A stretch of DNA of 63,964 nucleotides, from positions 15,376,037-15,440,000 of the forward strand of contig OZ024756.1 in NCBI GenBank assembly GCA_964016885.1. Direction: 5' to 3'. Shown one piece after another: positions 29,083 to 48,024 of this stretch. Position 1 is the stretch's first letter; the number at the start of each line of letters is the position of its first letter. The position numbers and the translations under genes are program-made. The notes below the pieces were generated by a model, which worked only from the letters and a program-made list of their open reading frames with translations, was not told the origin of the DNA and searched no databases. Origin of the DNA: Eledone cirrhosa (Eukaryota).

Positions 29083-29240
29083 GATATTAACAAATGGAAA
29101 CTATATTTATAAAACCATATTTATTTCATTATACATATTTCAAGGATACCAAGTTAAATTATGGTATGCCTTCATCAGACATAATACAATATATACCAGT
29201 TTTATAAATAAACATTGACGTACCCTTTCAAAATGCGACC
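29080..29240 (-). mobile_element. Family A element with hammerhead on -
   Basis: Reverse complement reads CTGATGAAGGCATACCA...TGGTATCCTT-GAAATATGTATA. Confidence 0.65.
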
Positions 29241-29442
29241 ATTACTTTTGGAAGACATCAGGATAGTGGTTTGTTTATTTTAGTAAGTCGTTGTGTTAAG
29301 GATAAGTAAAAAGACGATAAGTAAAAAGATATATATATATATATTTGTTTTGCGAGGTTTTTGATATGAAATCGTGTATCGAAACAAATATTGTTGTACT
29401 TAGGGAGGGTCATATTGTTGTAATAATATTGCCAGAAATAAT

Positions 29443-29631
29443 TGTTTCTACTTTTGGCACAAGGCCAGCAATCACCCAGTGTATTACTGGTACTTTATTT
29501 TATCGACCCCCGTAAGGATGAAAGGCAAAGTTAACCTCGGCGGGATTTGAACTCAGAATGGCAAGGGCCGTAACTCTATGCGTCAAAGCATGGCGTCCGA
29601 CCCTCTACCGATACTGCCAATCCACCGCTCT
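29443..29631 (-). mobile_element. SINE S1 with 16-bp target site duplication
   Basis: TATTGCCAGAAATAAT at 29427-29442 and 29632-29647. Confidence 0.9.
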
Positions 29632-30009
29632 TATTGCCAGAAATAATAACAGAACACACTCACTGTTTGGTTGGTTTTCGCTTCTGTATCTTTTATATCT
29701 CCACAGTTAATTCATTCGGTCCTCAATGTTTATCATTGACTGACCAACGGATATAATATAGATATAAACACATATATATATAGTCTAACATAGTTCTTTC
29801 GTGTGTGTGTGTTCTGTTACTATTTCTGGCAATATTATTACAATATGACCTTCCCCAAGTACAACAATATATTTTATTTCATTCCTTGTATTTTGATCAT
29901 GCTTTATTTTTACTTTTATTTTTAATTTCATTCGCACCGTTTCCTTTCGCTATTTGTCTCTCCACCACTCCCCTACACACCCTTTGAACTCTGTTCCCAC
30001 ACCCTTCTC

Positions 30010-30041
30010 ACCTGAGGAAGGGCTTATGCCCGAAACGTCGT
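30010..30041 (+). ncRNA. Minimal Penelope-type hammerhead
   Basis: AC-CTGAGGA-A-GGGC-TTAT-GCCC-GAA-ACGT-C-GT. Confidence 0.7.
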
Positions 30042-30306
30042 TCCCCACCACCACCCCACTCTCCAGAGCGTGAAATTAATAAACATTCGTTGTACTGCCT
30101 CTCTGTTTTGTTCCTGTTCAAATTTTTCCATTATATATATATATATGTATATATATAACGAAGGGAGTGTGGTAAGGAACCAGATGGACCATAACGCACC
30201 AGAGTACTCAATACTTAGTTTAGTAGAGTGGATAATAGGAAAATCTTCAGAAATAGCCGTCGAAACGGCCTGAGCTCTGCTGTCGCGGTTAAACATTTTC
30301 ATATAT

Positions 30307-32062
<1,756 letters not shown>

Positions 32063-32272
32063 AGAAGTAGTTCCACAACAGTTAGTTCACCATACCGGGT
32101 ACAAATGTTTCACCTTATGCGAATCTTCAACTCGGTCTGAGCTGAAGATCCGCATAAGGTGAAACAATTGTTCTCGGTATGGTGAACTAACTGTTGTGGA
32201 ACTACTTCTACCAAACTCGTCCCATGGACTGAGTGCTCTACTACTACCGATAGAACCCTCCAGTGTTCTACT
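32063..32272 (+). mobile_element. Foldback element (family D) with hammerhead at 32137-32177
   Basis: Inverted repeat about 32137; CTGAG-CTGAAGA-TCC-GCATAA-GGT-GAAAC-AATT-GTT-CTCGG. Confidence 0.75.
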
Positions 32273-32354
32273 ATTATATATATATAACGTACGTAGATGC
32301 TGTTTTAAATAAACATGTTTTAACGGTCTGTTCTCCGATTTCTTACTTTTCCAC

Positions 32355-32404
<50 letters not shown>

Positions 32405-33009
32405 CTTAAAATCCCATTTGGGGGGAAATAAGCCAAATCGGCTAAAAAAAAAGGCAGTTTCGAGTTATATAATGCACCAACCATGGTTTCTCGAACTCAA
32501 GATACATCAGCAACTCCTAGACATTGGAATAGGCAATTTTGGAAGAATTTCGGTTCCTTTATCGGGAGGTGAATTCTTCTCAGAGATAAGGAGTCAAGTT
32601 GAAAATATATCAAAGATACCATGTCGTTGCTAGACCACGGGGTTGAAGAAGGTGATTTATCGTTGATATATTCTACCCCAAGGGGACAAGTTGAATGTAT
32701 ATCATATTATCATATATATCATGTCGTTAGTAGACTGCATGGTAAAACAACGTGTTGCAACGCTGGATTACTATATGAATATTTCGCACTCAATGTATTA
32801 GGACAATACGTCAAGCTTATATTTTCGCTGGAAATAGCAGCCGAAACCGTCTAAATCAGCTCAATCAGCTTATATCTCCACAAAATGAGATTTTGGCTTA
32901 AGTTTAATATATTTTATTACTTCTCTGAGTGGATAACTTATTGATATATCTTATCCTTTGATTGAGATGTTTATGTATTGGAGTCACAGCGAACTTTATA
33001 GAGTTATAA

Positions 33010-33296
<287 letters not shown>

Positions 33297-33318
33297 CTTA
33301 TATATATATATATATATG

Positions 33319-33380
<62 letters not shown>

Positions 33381-33668
33381 GATAAATCTACCAAAATATA
33401 CGATAGTGTCCAATCCGTATGAAGAACTCAATGTAATCCAAATATCATGAAAAGAGATGTATTCAAAAATGTTTTCGATGGAAATCACAGGAAAACAGAG
33501 TCAAGATAAATTAATAAAAACAATGAATAAAAACAAAGAAACAGTTCCTTATATTAAAAAATTCATCATTTTACGATCGTTTCTAGGATATATATGTGTG
33601 TGTGTTGGTATGAATATCATATAGATCTATGTAAACATTTTACAAACTATCAGAGGAAATATACATAC

Positions 33669-33743
<75 letters not shown>

Positions 33744-33757
33744 AGGGAGAGAGAGCC

Positions 33758-33792
<35 letters not shown>

Positions 33793-34182
33793 TGAAGGTA
33801 AAGAGTAAGGAGAGGAAGGAACGGAAAAAAATGAGGAAAAAGGGGAAAAACAGACGTGCATATTCAGTCAGCCATATTAATTTTTTTTCTTCTCATTTTT
33901 ACCCGTTCATTCTTCTCACTCTTTATCTTTTATTTTTGACTCTATCTTCTGATAAAGCACTCCTGTCCGAAACGTTAAGACACCTTTCCTGCTATTTCAA
34001 GCGTTAAACTAATATATACATGCAATGTACTGAGTCATTTGCTTTATTATTTCTGTTTACTCTTTATACACACACATACACACACACACACACACATCCC
34101 ACTCTCAAGAGCGTGAAACTAATAAACCTTTGATGGTACTGCCTCTCTGTTTTGTTCCCGTTCAATTTTTCACTATATATAT

Positions 34183-34277
<95 letters not shown>

Positions 34278-34634
34278 AATATATATATATAGATACATGT
34301 ACATGTACATGTACATATATTTTTTTTATTTTATACAGAAATGACTTCTACAGGTCTAGAACTGTTTCATTCATATGGCATCATCAGAATGTTCCTGATT
34401 ATTTCATGGGAATGAAACGTGCACCACTGATTCCCCCTCCCTCAAATAGCCTCCTCCCGACCCCCACTCCAACCACACACCCCAGCCAAGTGGGTGGCGA
34501 AAGGTTAAGACCAAAGTAATTCTTCAATTGTTCCAATATATTATAATATATATATATTATATGATGATGAGGTTATTAGATAACAATGGTTAGTAGTAGT
34601 GGTGGTGGTGGTGGTGTGGTGTGGTGTGGTGGTG

Positions 34635-34699
<65 letters not shown>

Positions 34700-34836
34700 T
34701 GAGAGACGTCTATCCGTCTTATACTTCACTTTACAATTAATCATATTTCCTCCTTCACTTATGTCTCAAGATGTATATATATATACATATATACATATAT
34801 ATACATATATATATATATATATACATACATATATAC

Positions 34837-34887
<51 letters not shown>

Positions 34888-34890
34888 ATA

Positions 34891-34931
<41 letters not shown>

Positions 34932-34952
34932 TATATACATATATATATATAC

Positions 34953-35004
<52 letters not shown>

Positions 35005-35054
35005 GATATATGATATATGATATATATATATATATATATGTATATATATGTAAT

Positions 35055-35105
<51 letters not shown>

Positions 35106-35118
35106 GTATATATATATG

Positions 35119-35162
<44 letters not shown>

Positions 35163-35238
35163 CATATATCTGTATATATAAATATATATATATACTTATA
35201 TATGCCTTTATATATATATATATTATATATATTATTAC

Positions 35239-35272
<34 letters not shown>

Positions 35273-35350
35273 ATTACATATATCTGTATATATAAATATA
35301 TATATATACTTATATATGCCTTTATATATATATATTATATATATTATTAC

Positions 35351-35386
<36 letters not shown>

Positions 35387-35461
35387 ATTACATATATCTG
35401 TATATATAAATATATATATATACTTATATATGCCTTTATATATATATATTATATATATTAT

Positions 35462-35527
<66 letters not shown>

Positions 35528-36293
35528 TTATATATACACATATGATAATAAGGGCGCTGCGGAGTTGCAAATGGGTTACATATGAAAAAAGTTTGTCCTT
35601 CATCAGTGATCTTCCAACCATCATAGGCATTTCATCGCTTTAAAGACCATATACCTCCGGTTGGTGCGAGCAACGGCTAAAAAAAGTCGTTGGGACACGT
35701 AAATAAAGGGGACGCGAGGGTAAACAAACAAAATGGTGAAGCAACAGAAAGTGAGGAAGAAAGAAACAAGTCCCAGATTTCTATGAATTTAAATTCGGTG
35801 AAATCGTGAACGAGAGAATAAAGACCATCAAACCTGGTTGAAATGTGAGCAAGGAAGGAATTTCGCACAGGTCTAACGGGAGGAAGAAGGGGTCTGGTCT
35901 GCGAATTCGGTAAACATAAGTTCTGTGAAAATATATATATATATATATTGTTTTACTTGGGGAGGGTCATATTTGTGTAATAATATGGCCAGAATTAATA
36001 ACACTCACTGTATCAAAAACCTCGCAAAACTAATTCATCGCCGTTATATATATATAGGTTAACTTTGCCTTTCATCCTTACGGGGTCGATAAAATAAAGT
36101 ACCAGTAATGTACTGGGTAATTGCTGGCCTTGTGCCAAAAGTAGAAACAGTTATATTTATATACATATATATATTCTGAGTTCAAATCCCGCCGAGGTTA
36201 ACTTTGCCTTTCATCCTTACGGGGTCGATAAAATAAAGTAAGTACCAGTAATGTACTGGGTAATTGCTGGCCTTGTGTCTGAAGTAGAAACAG

Positions 36294-36410
<117 letters not shown>

Positions 36411-36592
36411 AGTGGATGAATACTTCAACAGGCACTATGTACTTGTAGAAATATGCAAGGTATTTATAATATTTGTGGTTCAATGGTACTAATTCGAGAT
36501 ACCAGAACAATATAAAAATAGCTGAGCAAGCGGTTATGAAACAATTCTCTAAATAAATTAAAAAACGATTTAAATAATCACCTGTTCTATTT

Positions 36593-36671
36593 CTGTTACC
36601 GATGGTTTCATCATTCCAAAAGATTGGAAATCCAGAGAATTTCCAATGGAAAGAAATGAATCTTCAGACAG
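36593..36671 (-). ncRNA. Type I hammerhead with long stem II
   Basis: Reverse complement: CTGT-CTGAAGA-T-TCATT...AATGA-T-GAA-ACC-ATC-GGT-A-ACAG. Confidence 0.75.
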
Positions 36672-36932
36672 CTTATTTCCACACTATAAGGTTGCCAGCC
36701 CTATAGTAAGTAAATATTTCGCTTCCTGCCCAACGCATGCGGTCAGGCCGTTAAAATGACACACACGTAAAATCAGGTCGCAGATATATATATACATATA
36801 TATGCATACATATATATGCCTTTTTCTTCAGAAAATAAATCTTACACTCTGCTCACATCTGCTGGGTCCTCATTCAGTGAATGTTTGAAGTAGACTGGTA
36901 TTTAAAGCACTCCACTTTAATATATGTGTGTG

Positions 36933-37049
<117 letters not shown>

Positions 37050-37169
37050 AAATATGTTTGTGTATATATGAAAAAAAAGGTTGTCTAAGCGTCTGTAAAC
37101 TAGGTCATAAATTTGATCCCTCTCAAAATCTGGAGATATGATCAATATATTACCTTGAAACCTTAGGTA

Positions 37170-37345
37170 GCGCTTTTGGCACAAAGCCAGCAATTAACCC
37201 CAGTGCATTACAGGTACTTTATTTTATCGGCCCCCGTAAGGATGAAAGGCAAAGTTAACATCGGCGGGATTTGAACTCAGTCCGTAAAGAACCATAACTC
37301 TATGCTGCAAAAGCATACGTCTGACGCTCTACCGATACTGCCAAT
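37170..37345 (-). mobile_element. SINE S1
   Basis: Same core and B box as other copies. Confidence 0.8.
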
Positions 37346-37672
37346 ATAATGTGTGTGTGTGTGTGTGTGTGTGTGTGGACCCCAATATATCACAGGTATG
37401 TACCGTATCTACCCTGATACCCCGGAAGAGTGTAAAGCAAATGAGGTCACCGTTCTCTGGATTTGAACTCCCACCTCACCTAAAGAGATAACTAAATCAA
37501 TCAAGGTATTTTGTCGTGCGTTGCTCTACTGATTCTGCCATAGAAATGATTGACTTCGGTGTTTCTATAGCAACGGTTGCAACATGGCTGAATGGTTAGA
37601 AATTTCGTTTCGCGATCATAAATTTCTAGGATCGGTGCCATGGTGTGTTATTTGGGATCATAGTGATATGGG

Positions 37673-38255
37673 GCCTCTGTCATTTGGTGCCTCTGTCACT
37701 TGGTGCCACTGTCATTTGGTGCCTCTGTCATTTGGTGCCTCTGTCATTTGGTGCCTCTGTCACTTGGTGCCTCTGTCACTTGGTGCCTCTGTCATTTGGT
37801 GCCTCTGTCACTTGGTGCCTCTGTCACTTGGTGCCTCTGTCATTTGGTGCCACTGTCATTTGGTGCCTCTGTCATTTGGTGCCTCTGTCATTTGGTGCCT
37901 CTGTCACTTGGTGCCTCTGTCATTTGGTGCCTCTGTCATTTGGTGCCTCTGTCACTTGGTGCCTCTGTCACTTGGTGCCTCTGTCATTTGGTGCCTCTGT
38001 CACTTGGTGCCACTGTCATTTGGTGCCTCTGTCATTTGGTGCCACTGTCATTTGGTGCCGCTGTCACTTGGTGCCACTGTCATTTGGTGCCTCTGTCATT
38101 TGGTTCCTCTGTCACTTGGTGCCTCTGTCACTTGGTGCCTCTGTCATTTGGTGCCTCTGTCATTTGGTGCCACTGTCATTTGGTGCCTCTATCATTTGGT
38201 GCCTCTGTCATTTGGTGCCACTGTCATTTGGTGCCACTGTCATTTGGTGCCACTG
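37673..38255. repeat. 16-bp minisatellite GCCTCTGTCA(T/C)TTGGT, about 36 copies
   Basis: Direct reading; follows a tRNA-like head at 37584. Confidence 0.95.
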
Positions 38256-38651
38256 ACGAGGACGTACTGAAAATACAGCACAGTACCTTCGAAATATATA
38301 TAATAAAACATATATTTTGATTATGTGAATGTCTTCATTTATTAATATTCTGAATAATATTAATAACTCCAGAAAACTTCATTGTAGAGTGCTTTTAATC
38401 TATTGTAAAACTATATTCATTTAGTAATCAATGAACCATATTAATCTTTGGTTACATATATATATATATATATATAGGAACCAATAAGACCCCGACGGCT
38501 GAGCCGTCGAAACGGCTTGAGCTCAGCCGTCGGGGTCTTACTGGTTCCTATTACCCACTCTACTACCCCAAGTATTGAGTACTTTGGTGCGTTATGGTCC
38601 ACCTGGTTCCTGACCACATTTCCTTCGTTATATATATATATATATCTTTAG

Positions 38652-39017
<366 letters not shown>

Positions 39018-39321
39018 TGTTTTCTAATTTATTCATATTTGATTATTGTTCTACCTACCTTGGGTCAATAACAGGATCAAGGGGTTTCTATGGAAGCATT
39101 CGATGGCGGTTGAAGACCTTTACCGTTCCCTATTTTAAAAGGGAACAATATATTTGACATAATTAATCATTTTACACACATTGAATAACAATCTTTATAA
39201 ACAAAACATTAAGAAATAATTATGTATATATATATATATATATATGTGTGTGTTTACACACATATATAGATATATACATAGATGTTTCTAATATATATAT
39301 ATACATACACAAACATGTACG

Positions 39322-39366
<45 letters not shown>

Positions 39367-39441
39367 GAATATATATATATATATACACAAAAACATCTAC
39401 GTATGTATATATATGTATATATATACATACGTAGATGTTTT

Positions 39442-39500
<59 letters not shown>

Positions 39501-39567
39501 TCGCGCATAATGCGTCCTTGGGCACATGAAATGCGTATATATTCACACCCCACATTCACACACCGAC

Positions 39568-39605
<38 letters not shown>

Positions 39606-39809
39606 TTTGTGTGGATGTGTGTGTATGTGTGTATATGTGTATGAATATGTGTATATGTGAGTATGTGTGGGTGCATGTGTATGTGTGGGTGCATGTGTAT
39701 GTGTGGATGTATGTGTATGTGTGGATGTATGTGGATGTATGTGTGTGTGTGGGTGTGTGTGTGTGTGTATGTGTGTGTGTGTGTGAGTGTATGTGTGGAT
39801 GTATGTGGA

Positions 39810-39857
<48 letters not shown>

Positions 39858-39883
39858 TGTATGTGTGGATGTATGTGTGTGTG

Positions 39884-39995
<112 letters not shown>

Positions 39996-40108
39996 GGAAT
40001 TTAGCCAATTGTCTAATATGCCATAATAAGACTGATTCTGGTACACTGCACACCGAAAATCCAGCGTATTCTGTTACACATTCACAGATAGATAGACACA
40101 CACACACT

Positions 40109-40149
<41 letters not shown>

Positions 40150-40515
40150 ACATACGTACACACGTAGACACACACACACACGTACACACGTAGATACACA
40201 CACATGAATACACTCAAATACACACACAGAGACACACAGCCACACACACACACACACATCCACATATCTACACACGCACACAGACCCCCCCCACACACAC
40301 ACACACACTTCCACATACCTACACACACAGACCCACACACATATACACGTAGACACACACACACATACACACACATATTTCTACATGCATCACACATATC
40401 TATATAGTTATACACATACACACACATATGCACATACATGCTAATATATATATATATATATATAAACATCTACGTATATATATTCATATATACACATAAA
40501 AAATATCTACATATG

Positions 40516-40574
<59 letters not shown>

Positions 40575-40871
40575 ATATATATATATATACATATCCCCAT
40601 CCACTAAGATACACACTTTATACACATATAGCTCATTCAATTATACACACGTATGCACAAATTGGTTCTACACGGTAAGTATATTTATTTATTCTACACA
40701 CTAAGTATATATATTTATTAGTTGTTGCGTGTATATTAATAAGCATATGTATAATTTGAATGTATAGTATATTCACAATTACACATACGTACATATAAAC
40801 ATTCGTACACACGTATGGTTGTATGTGTGTATACATATATATATATATACATATATATATATACATATACG

Positions 40872-40910
<39 letters not shown>

Positions 40911-40913
40911 AAA

Positions 40914-40956
<43 letters not shown>

Positions 40957-41012
40957 TTATATATATATAATATATATATAAATATATATATATATACATA
41001 TACATGTATATA

Positions 41013-41077
<65 letters not shown>

Positions 41078-41174
41078 ATATATATATATAGTTTTAATAT
41101 TACTTACTGTGGTTACCTCCGATTCAACCCGGAATAACGTATATATATATATATATATACATGTATATATATAT

Positions 41175-41279
<105 letters not shown>

Positions 41280-41313
41280 TTATATATATATATTATATAT
41301 ATATATTTATAAT

Positions 41314-41360
<47 letters not shown>

Positions 41361-41361
<1 letters not shown>

Positions 41362-41785
41362 GATATTAACAAATGGAAACTATATTTATAAAACCATATT
41401 TATTTCATTATACATATTTCAAGGACACCACGTTAAATTATGGTGTGCTTTCATCAGATAAAATATAATATAGATCAGTTTTATAAATAAATATTGACAT
41501 ACCCTTAAAGAATGCATCCAGTTTTATAAATAAATATTCACATACCCTTAAAGAATGCATCCAATATTTATTTATAAAACTGATCTATATTATATTTTAG
41601 CTGATGAAAGCACACCATAATTTAACTTGGTGTTCTTGAAATATGTATAATGAAATAAATATGGTTTTATAAATATAGTTTCCATTTGTTAATATCGTAT
41701 TTTTACTCCAAATATTTGTTGAGTGCTTTCTATCAGTTATAAAAATATTTGCTTGTTGCATCCCAACAATTTAAATAGAACTTTT
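41361..41785. mobile_element. Family A foldback with two outward-facing hammerheads (41403-41462 on -, 41596-41654 on +)
   Basis: Arms are reverse complements about 41563; a small direct duplication precedes the apex. Confidence 0.8.
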
Positions 41786-41792
41786 ACATATT

Positions 41793-41847
<55 letters not shown>

Positions 41848-41873
41848 ATATATATATATATATGTGTATATAT

Positions 41874-41940
<67 letters not shown>

Positions 41941-42917
41941 AAAAGATGGTAAGGTTCTATAGAAAACAGGTTATAGAGAAAAGTAAGAATGAAAACAAGA
42001 GAAAAGTATTTAAAGAATCTTTCTTTCTTTTCCTTCTTTTCCTTTCTTTTCCGACAATGTGGCATTATAGGAAAAAAGAGAGAAAAAAATTTAAAGAATG
42101 GAATTTTATCTAAGTATCTATCTAAATTCGCTGAAAGGTGGGGAGAATGTGACGAAAATGGTCCGAGTGAAGGGGCCTTCTCTGTATATAAACCTGTAGG
42201 TTGAGGAAGATATACAGAGGGAAGACAGGAACACCTACAAAACGTGTTCTTGGAGTTGAGGGTTGTTCTATCCACGGGGTGTAAAACAACCCTGCAGTAA
42301 CGTTCCCTCCTATTGGGGATTTCAATTGTTATTTTATTATATTTAGTTTATTGTTATTTATTAATGTTAAAGTTATTTTTATGTAAAACCGCCGCCGTCG
42401 CGTCTTGTAATGTCCCATTTTCGTACGCCCCTGTGGCAAATAAAGAAAGATATCTACCTATATATATATACGTGTGTGTGTGTGTGTGTACATATATATG
42501 TGTATATATATATATATATGTGTGTATATATATACAGCTTGTTTGGCCTCTATAACCTATCTTTATTGCTCTAGTCTTCTCTTAGTCCATTGAGCGCTTG
42601 CCGCATATCTCGAAAATTGCGTTTCGCTTTGTTTTTGACCACTGCCGAAATTCGATCTCGCTGAAATTATATTTATATATATATACATATATGTATATGC
42701 ATAATGTATATATATATATATATATATGTAATAAATATATACATATACATACATATATATATATATATATATATGTACATATATATATATCTAGATATAT
42801 ATATATGTGTGTATGTATATATATGACGTATGTGCCAAGCTCGCATGTCTTCGTAAAACATTTGGTAAATGAAATAATTATCTTATGTTGTTTATTACAT
42901 AACTATATATATATATG

Positions 42918-42982
<65 letters not shown>

Positions 42983-43111
42983 AGAGAGAGAGAGATATTA
43001 ATTATATATATGTATATATATTAATTATTTATTAAAATAATCTGTTATTTTAATAAATAATAAATATTTGCTCAACGGTTTTATATATATATATATATGT
43101 GTGTGTGTGTT

Positions 43112-43142
<31 letters not shown>

Positions 43143-43239
43143 CCTGGGTTCAATCTGGGGTAACCACAGTAAGTAAGGTACTCAATACATAGTAGAGTAC
43201 AAATATTGAATATAGAAATGTATATATATCTATGTATTA

Positions 43240-43270
<31 letters not shown>

Positions 43271-43333
43271 CCTTTCTGAATTTGTTTCTTATTGGCAACA
43301 TGACCCTCCCAAAGCATAACAATATATATACAT

Positions 43334-43379
<46 letters not shown>

Positions 43380-43434
43380 GCACACATACATATATACACT
43401 TATATACTAATATATTTATATATATATGCATATA

Positions 43435-43507
<73 letters not shown>

Positions 43508-43518
43508 GTATATATATA

Positions 43519-43552
<34 letters not shown>

Positions 43553-43652
43553 ACATAGATAGATATATACATTTCATGTGGGTATATATATATATGTATA
43601 TCTAAATATGTATACACATATATACATTATATATATATATATACATATATAC

Positions 43653-43694
<42 letters not shown>

Positions 43695-43703
43695 CATACA
43701 TAC

Positions 43704-44227
43704 ATGGTGGCTGCCAACTTGTTTTCGAGTACGGCCACTACTTTATATCCATGTAGGAGAACCCCTACCGATGCGCTGAACGAGTGTGACTTTTTAGTCC
43801 AGCCAGCGACTTGAAAACTCTGGTACAAACACTACACTTGTGACAATTATTGACACAGTGCTGGGCCCATGGTACCATGAGATGACAAGTGCAGAGAGAT
43901 CTCCAGATATATCAAGCTTTTATAGTGAGCAAAGGCACTGCACAAAGCCAGTCCCACTCCCTTAACCAAGATGATATTTACCAAAAAGAGGAACAAGTCA
44001 ACATCATTGGATACCATCAGGGTTGCAGCTGTTATATCAGAGTTTTCCTTCTCCTAGAATTCTGCCTTGACAAAGGCTAAGGGGTCATCTCTCCCAGTGA
44101 TTTTGGATGGCCATTGACTCTTAAGAGCTCCTTTGCCCTTTGACAGGTTTTGTTTTTAGTCCTGCAGGATGTCCAAAGTCACCCTCCTCACCAAGAAACC
44201 TTGATGGGGTTGCCAGTTTAGTCGCGA
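43704..44227 (-). mobile_element. Family X copy
   Basis: Reverse complement of 11135-11673 with small deletions. Confidence 0.75.
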
Positions 44228-44534
44228 CACGTGGTCTAGTTTTAAAGGTGTTGGACTTACGATCCTAATGTCATGTGTGTATGCATACTATATGTATGTA
44301 TGTATATATATATATGTGTGTGTATGTATGTATATATATATATACATATATAACATTAAGACCCTCTTCCTGCTATATCAAGCGTTAACCTAATATGTCC
44401 CTTCCATATACTCTTCCGATTGTGTTGTTATTTCTGTTTACCTTTTACATTTGTATATACATACGTATGTATATATATATATATTCATGTCTATATGTCT
44501 ATACATATATGTCTATACATGTATATATAATATA

Positions 44535-44628
<94 letters not shown>

Positions 44629-44747
44629 GTGTGTGTGTGTATGTGTGTGTGTGTGTGCGTGCGTGTATAAATATATTTATATATACTCTATATATTTTAT
44701 AAATATTTTTCTATCATATTTAGGTGATATATAAATGTATTATTTAC

Positions 44748-44794
<47 letters not shown>

Positions 44795-44996
44795 TTCAGA
44801 TAGATATATATATATAAATATATGTATATATATAAATATTTATATATATATATACATATATATATACACACACATAAATAATACATTTATATACAGCCTA
44901 AAAAATATTTATATAATATATATAGTATATATATATATTTATATATTATATATAGTATATATATATATATTTATAAAATATATATAGTATATATAG

Positions 44997-45046
<50 letters not shown>

Positions 45047-45213
45047 CGCGTGTGTGTAGATGTATATATTCAGATGTATACAAAAATATGTATATGCACA
45101 TATGCATTTTGATAGACACATGGGAAACAGGGAAAAGGTAAGAGAGGAGAAAATATGCGTTGGTGCTAAATATTTTGGAAAATGAATGTATATATATACA
45201 TATATATAAATAC

Positions 45214-45264
<51 letters not shown>

Positions 45265-45433
45265 TTGACTTTGTTAGTTTCAGAAGATCCCGTTAAGGGT
45301 GAAAGCAGCGATTCTTTGCTTAAACTTTAATCTGTTATTTTAATAAATATTTGCTCTACGGTTCTTATATATTTGATATATATTTATCCTTATCGAGCCC
45401 TCTTTGGATTTTAGTCTTCAAATTTATTATTAT

Positions 45434-45529
<96 letters not shown>

Positions 45530-45860
45530 ATAAACATTTATCTTCTAAAATACCTAACAACAACGCATATTTTCTCCTCTGTTTCCCACGTGTGTATCAA
45601 AATGTGATATATTCTTTACATACCATGTTTTTAATGTACCATATATTATTATACATCAATATACCATGTTCTTAATATTCCATATATTATTATTCATCAA
45701 TATATTCTTTACTTACCATGTTCTTAATATTCCATATATTATTATACATCAATATAGTTTGTATAAATGAAGCTCTTTAAAAATGGAGGTTTTAGCCTGT
45801 ATAATGCATTGAGCTGTTTATGATATGATTGAAATAATTTTATTTTGATCTATTGTTATG

Positions 45861-46565
45861 ATTAGTGGTTGTGAGTTCGAATCCCGATCAGGCGGTGTGT
45901 TGTTTTCTTGCGGAAGACACTTTATTTCACGATCCTCCCGTTCACTCACCTGTAGAATTGAGATGCGACGTCACTGGTGCCAAGTTGTATCGGCCTTACC
46001 CTTTCCCATGGACAACATTGTATCTAGTGTATATATACTGTACATAGTGTATATATATCATATATAGGGTATATATACTGTACATAGTGTATATATATCA
46101 TATATAGTGTATATATACTGTACATAGTGTATATATATCATATATAGTGTATATATGAGTTGCGACGTCACTGGTGCTAAGCTGTATCGGCCTTACCCTT
46201 TCCCATGGACAACATTGTATCTAGTGTATATATACTGTACGTAGTGTATATATATATCATATATAGTGTATATATGAGTTGCGACGTCACTGGTGCTAAG
46301 CTGTATCGGCCTTACCCTTTCCTATGGACAACATTGTATCTAGTGTATATATACTGTACATAGTGTATATATATCATATATAGTGTATATATAAGTTGCG
46401 ACGGCCATTGCCTTTTCCTTGGACAACATCGGTGGCGTGGAGAGGGAAGACTGGTATGCATGAGCGACTTCTGGTCTTCCACAAAACACACCTTGTCCAG
46501 GCTTGTACCTTGGCGGAGAACTTTCTAGGTACAAAACCATGGTCATTCGTGACCGAAGGGGGCCT
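45861..46565 (+). mobile_element. SINE-like element with internal ~120-bp tandem duplications
   Basis: B box GAGTTCGAATCCC, S2-like AAGACACTTTATTTCACG; TGCGACGTCACTGGTGC...GGACAACAT repeated 3-4 times. Confidence 0.7.
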
Positions 46566-46569
46566 ACGT

Positions 46570-47395
46570 CGGCTGCAACAGTCTGGATTCTGTCTTTTAA
46601 GAAGTCATGAAGCCATTCACCTAGTTTTCCAGCTATGCCAAAGCTACGTTGTTTGTGACATATCATTCCGTGATCAACCTTATCAAAGGACTTCGTAATG
46701 TCGAGATATATCACATCCACGTTGGAACGGTCTAGCAGCTGTTTAAGTATCCAGTCATAATTCTGTAGGAGCTGCATACTTCTACTTTGGCAAAAGCCAT
46801 GCTGGGTGTCAGCTAAAAGATCTTTTTCCTCTAGAAAAGTGATCAGATTCCTTCTAATGATTCATTCCATGACTTTCCTGATATTTGAGGTCAGGGAGAC
46901 AGGTCTGTAGTTCTTAGCATTTACTGCTTCCTCCTTTATGGGTAGGACATATTATGCCTTTTAGTTTTCCGGATAGTTTACCATTTGCAAGGGATATTTG
47001 CAGGTTTCACTTGCAGGTTTTTAGGAGGATTGCTGAGAAACCATCAGGGCCAGCGGCCGAGTTTGGTCTCATTTCGTCTATGGCTGATATTACATCTTTC
47101 TCCATTATATCTATGTGGTTGATGGTTACCATTTCTTTGTGTAATGTAGTTGTGTTGGAGAACTCATCTAGCTTATTTATTTGCAAGTAACTCATTGGAG
47201 GTGGGAAAACACTTTTGTATTGTTCATTCAGTGCCTCGCGTATCTCTTGGGGGGTCTGCGGTCAGTGAACCGCTTCTATGGAAAAGTGGCCCTATCCTGT
47301 AGTGTGCTGAGGCGGTCTCATTTGCAAATATAAAGAAGGCCTTAGGGTCCATCCTTCTGTTTTCTATAGCCCTGACTTCTCTTTCTGCCCACTCC
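46570..47395 (-). pseudogene. Decayed CR1-clade LINE reverse transcriptase fragment
   Basis: Peptides SAAGPDGFSAILLK, NYRPVSLTS, QHGF, VDVIYLDITKSFDKVDH, GIAGKLGEWLHDFLKDRIQTV; frameshifts and stops. Confidence 0.92.
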
Positions 47396-47570
47396 AGAAA
47401 GGGGGGAGAGGGGAAGAGGGAGAGAGGAAGAGAAAGAGAAATTACTTCTACAGGACTAGAACAGCTTCATTCATATGAAATTATCAGGAATTTCCTGAAG
47501 GAATACACCCTTAATTATATATATATATGTAGTGTATATGTGCATATATATATATATGTGTGTGTGTGTA

Positions 47571-47615
<45 letters not shown>

Positions 47616-47622
47616 ATATATG

Positions 47623-47659
<37 letters not shown>

Positions 47660-47660
47660 A

Positions 47661-47753
<93 letters not shown>

Positions 47754-47754
47754 A

Positions 47755-47846
<92 letters not shown>

Positions 47847-47850
47847 TATA

Positions 47851-47953
<103 letters not shown>

Positions 47954-47991
47954 GTCTGTGTGTGTGTGCATGTATGTTTATATATATTATG

Positions 47992-48024
<33 letters not shown>

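Noticed and set aside
35590-35612. CTGATGA on the minus strand (also near 14020)
   Set aside because: No correctly placed GAAA or stem III could be found, so not called a hammerhead
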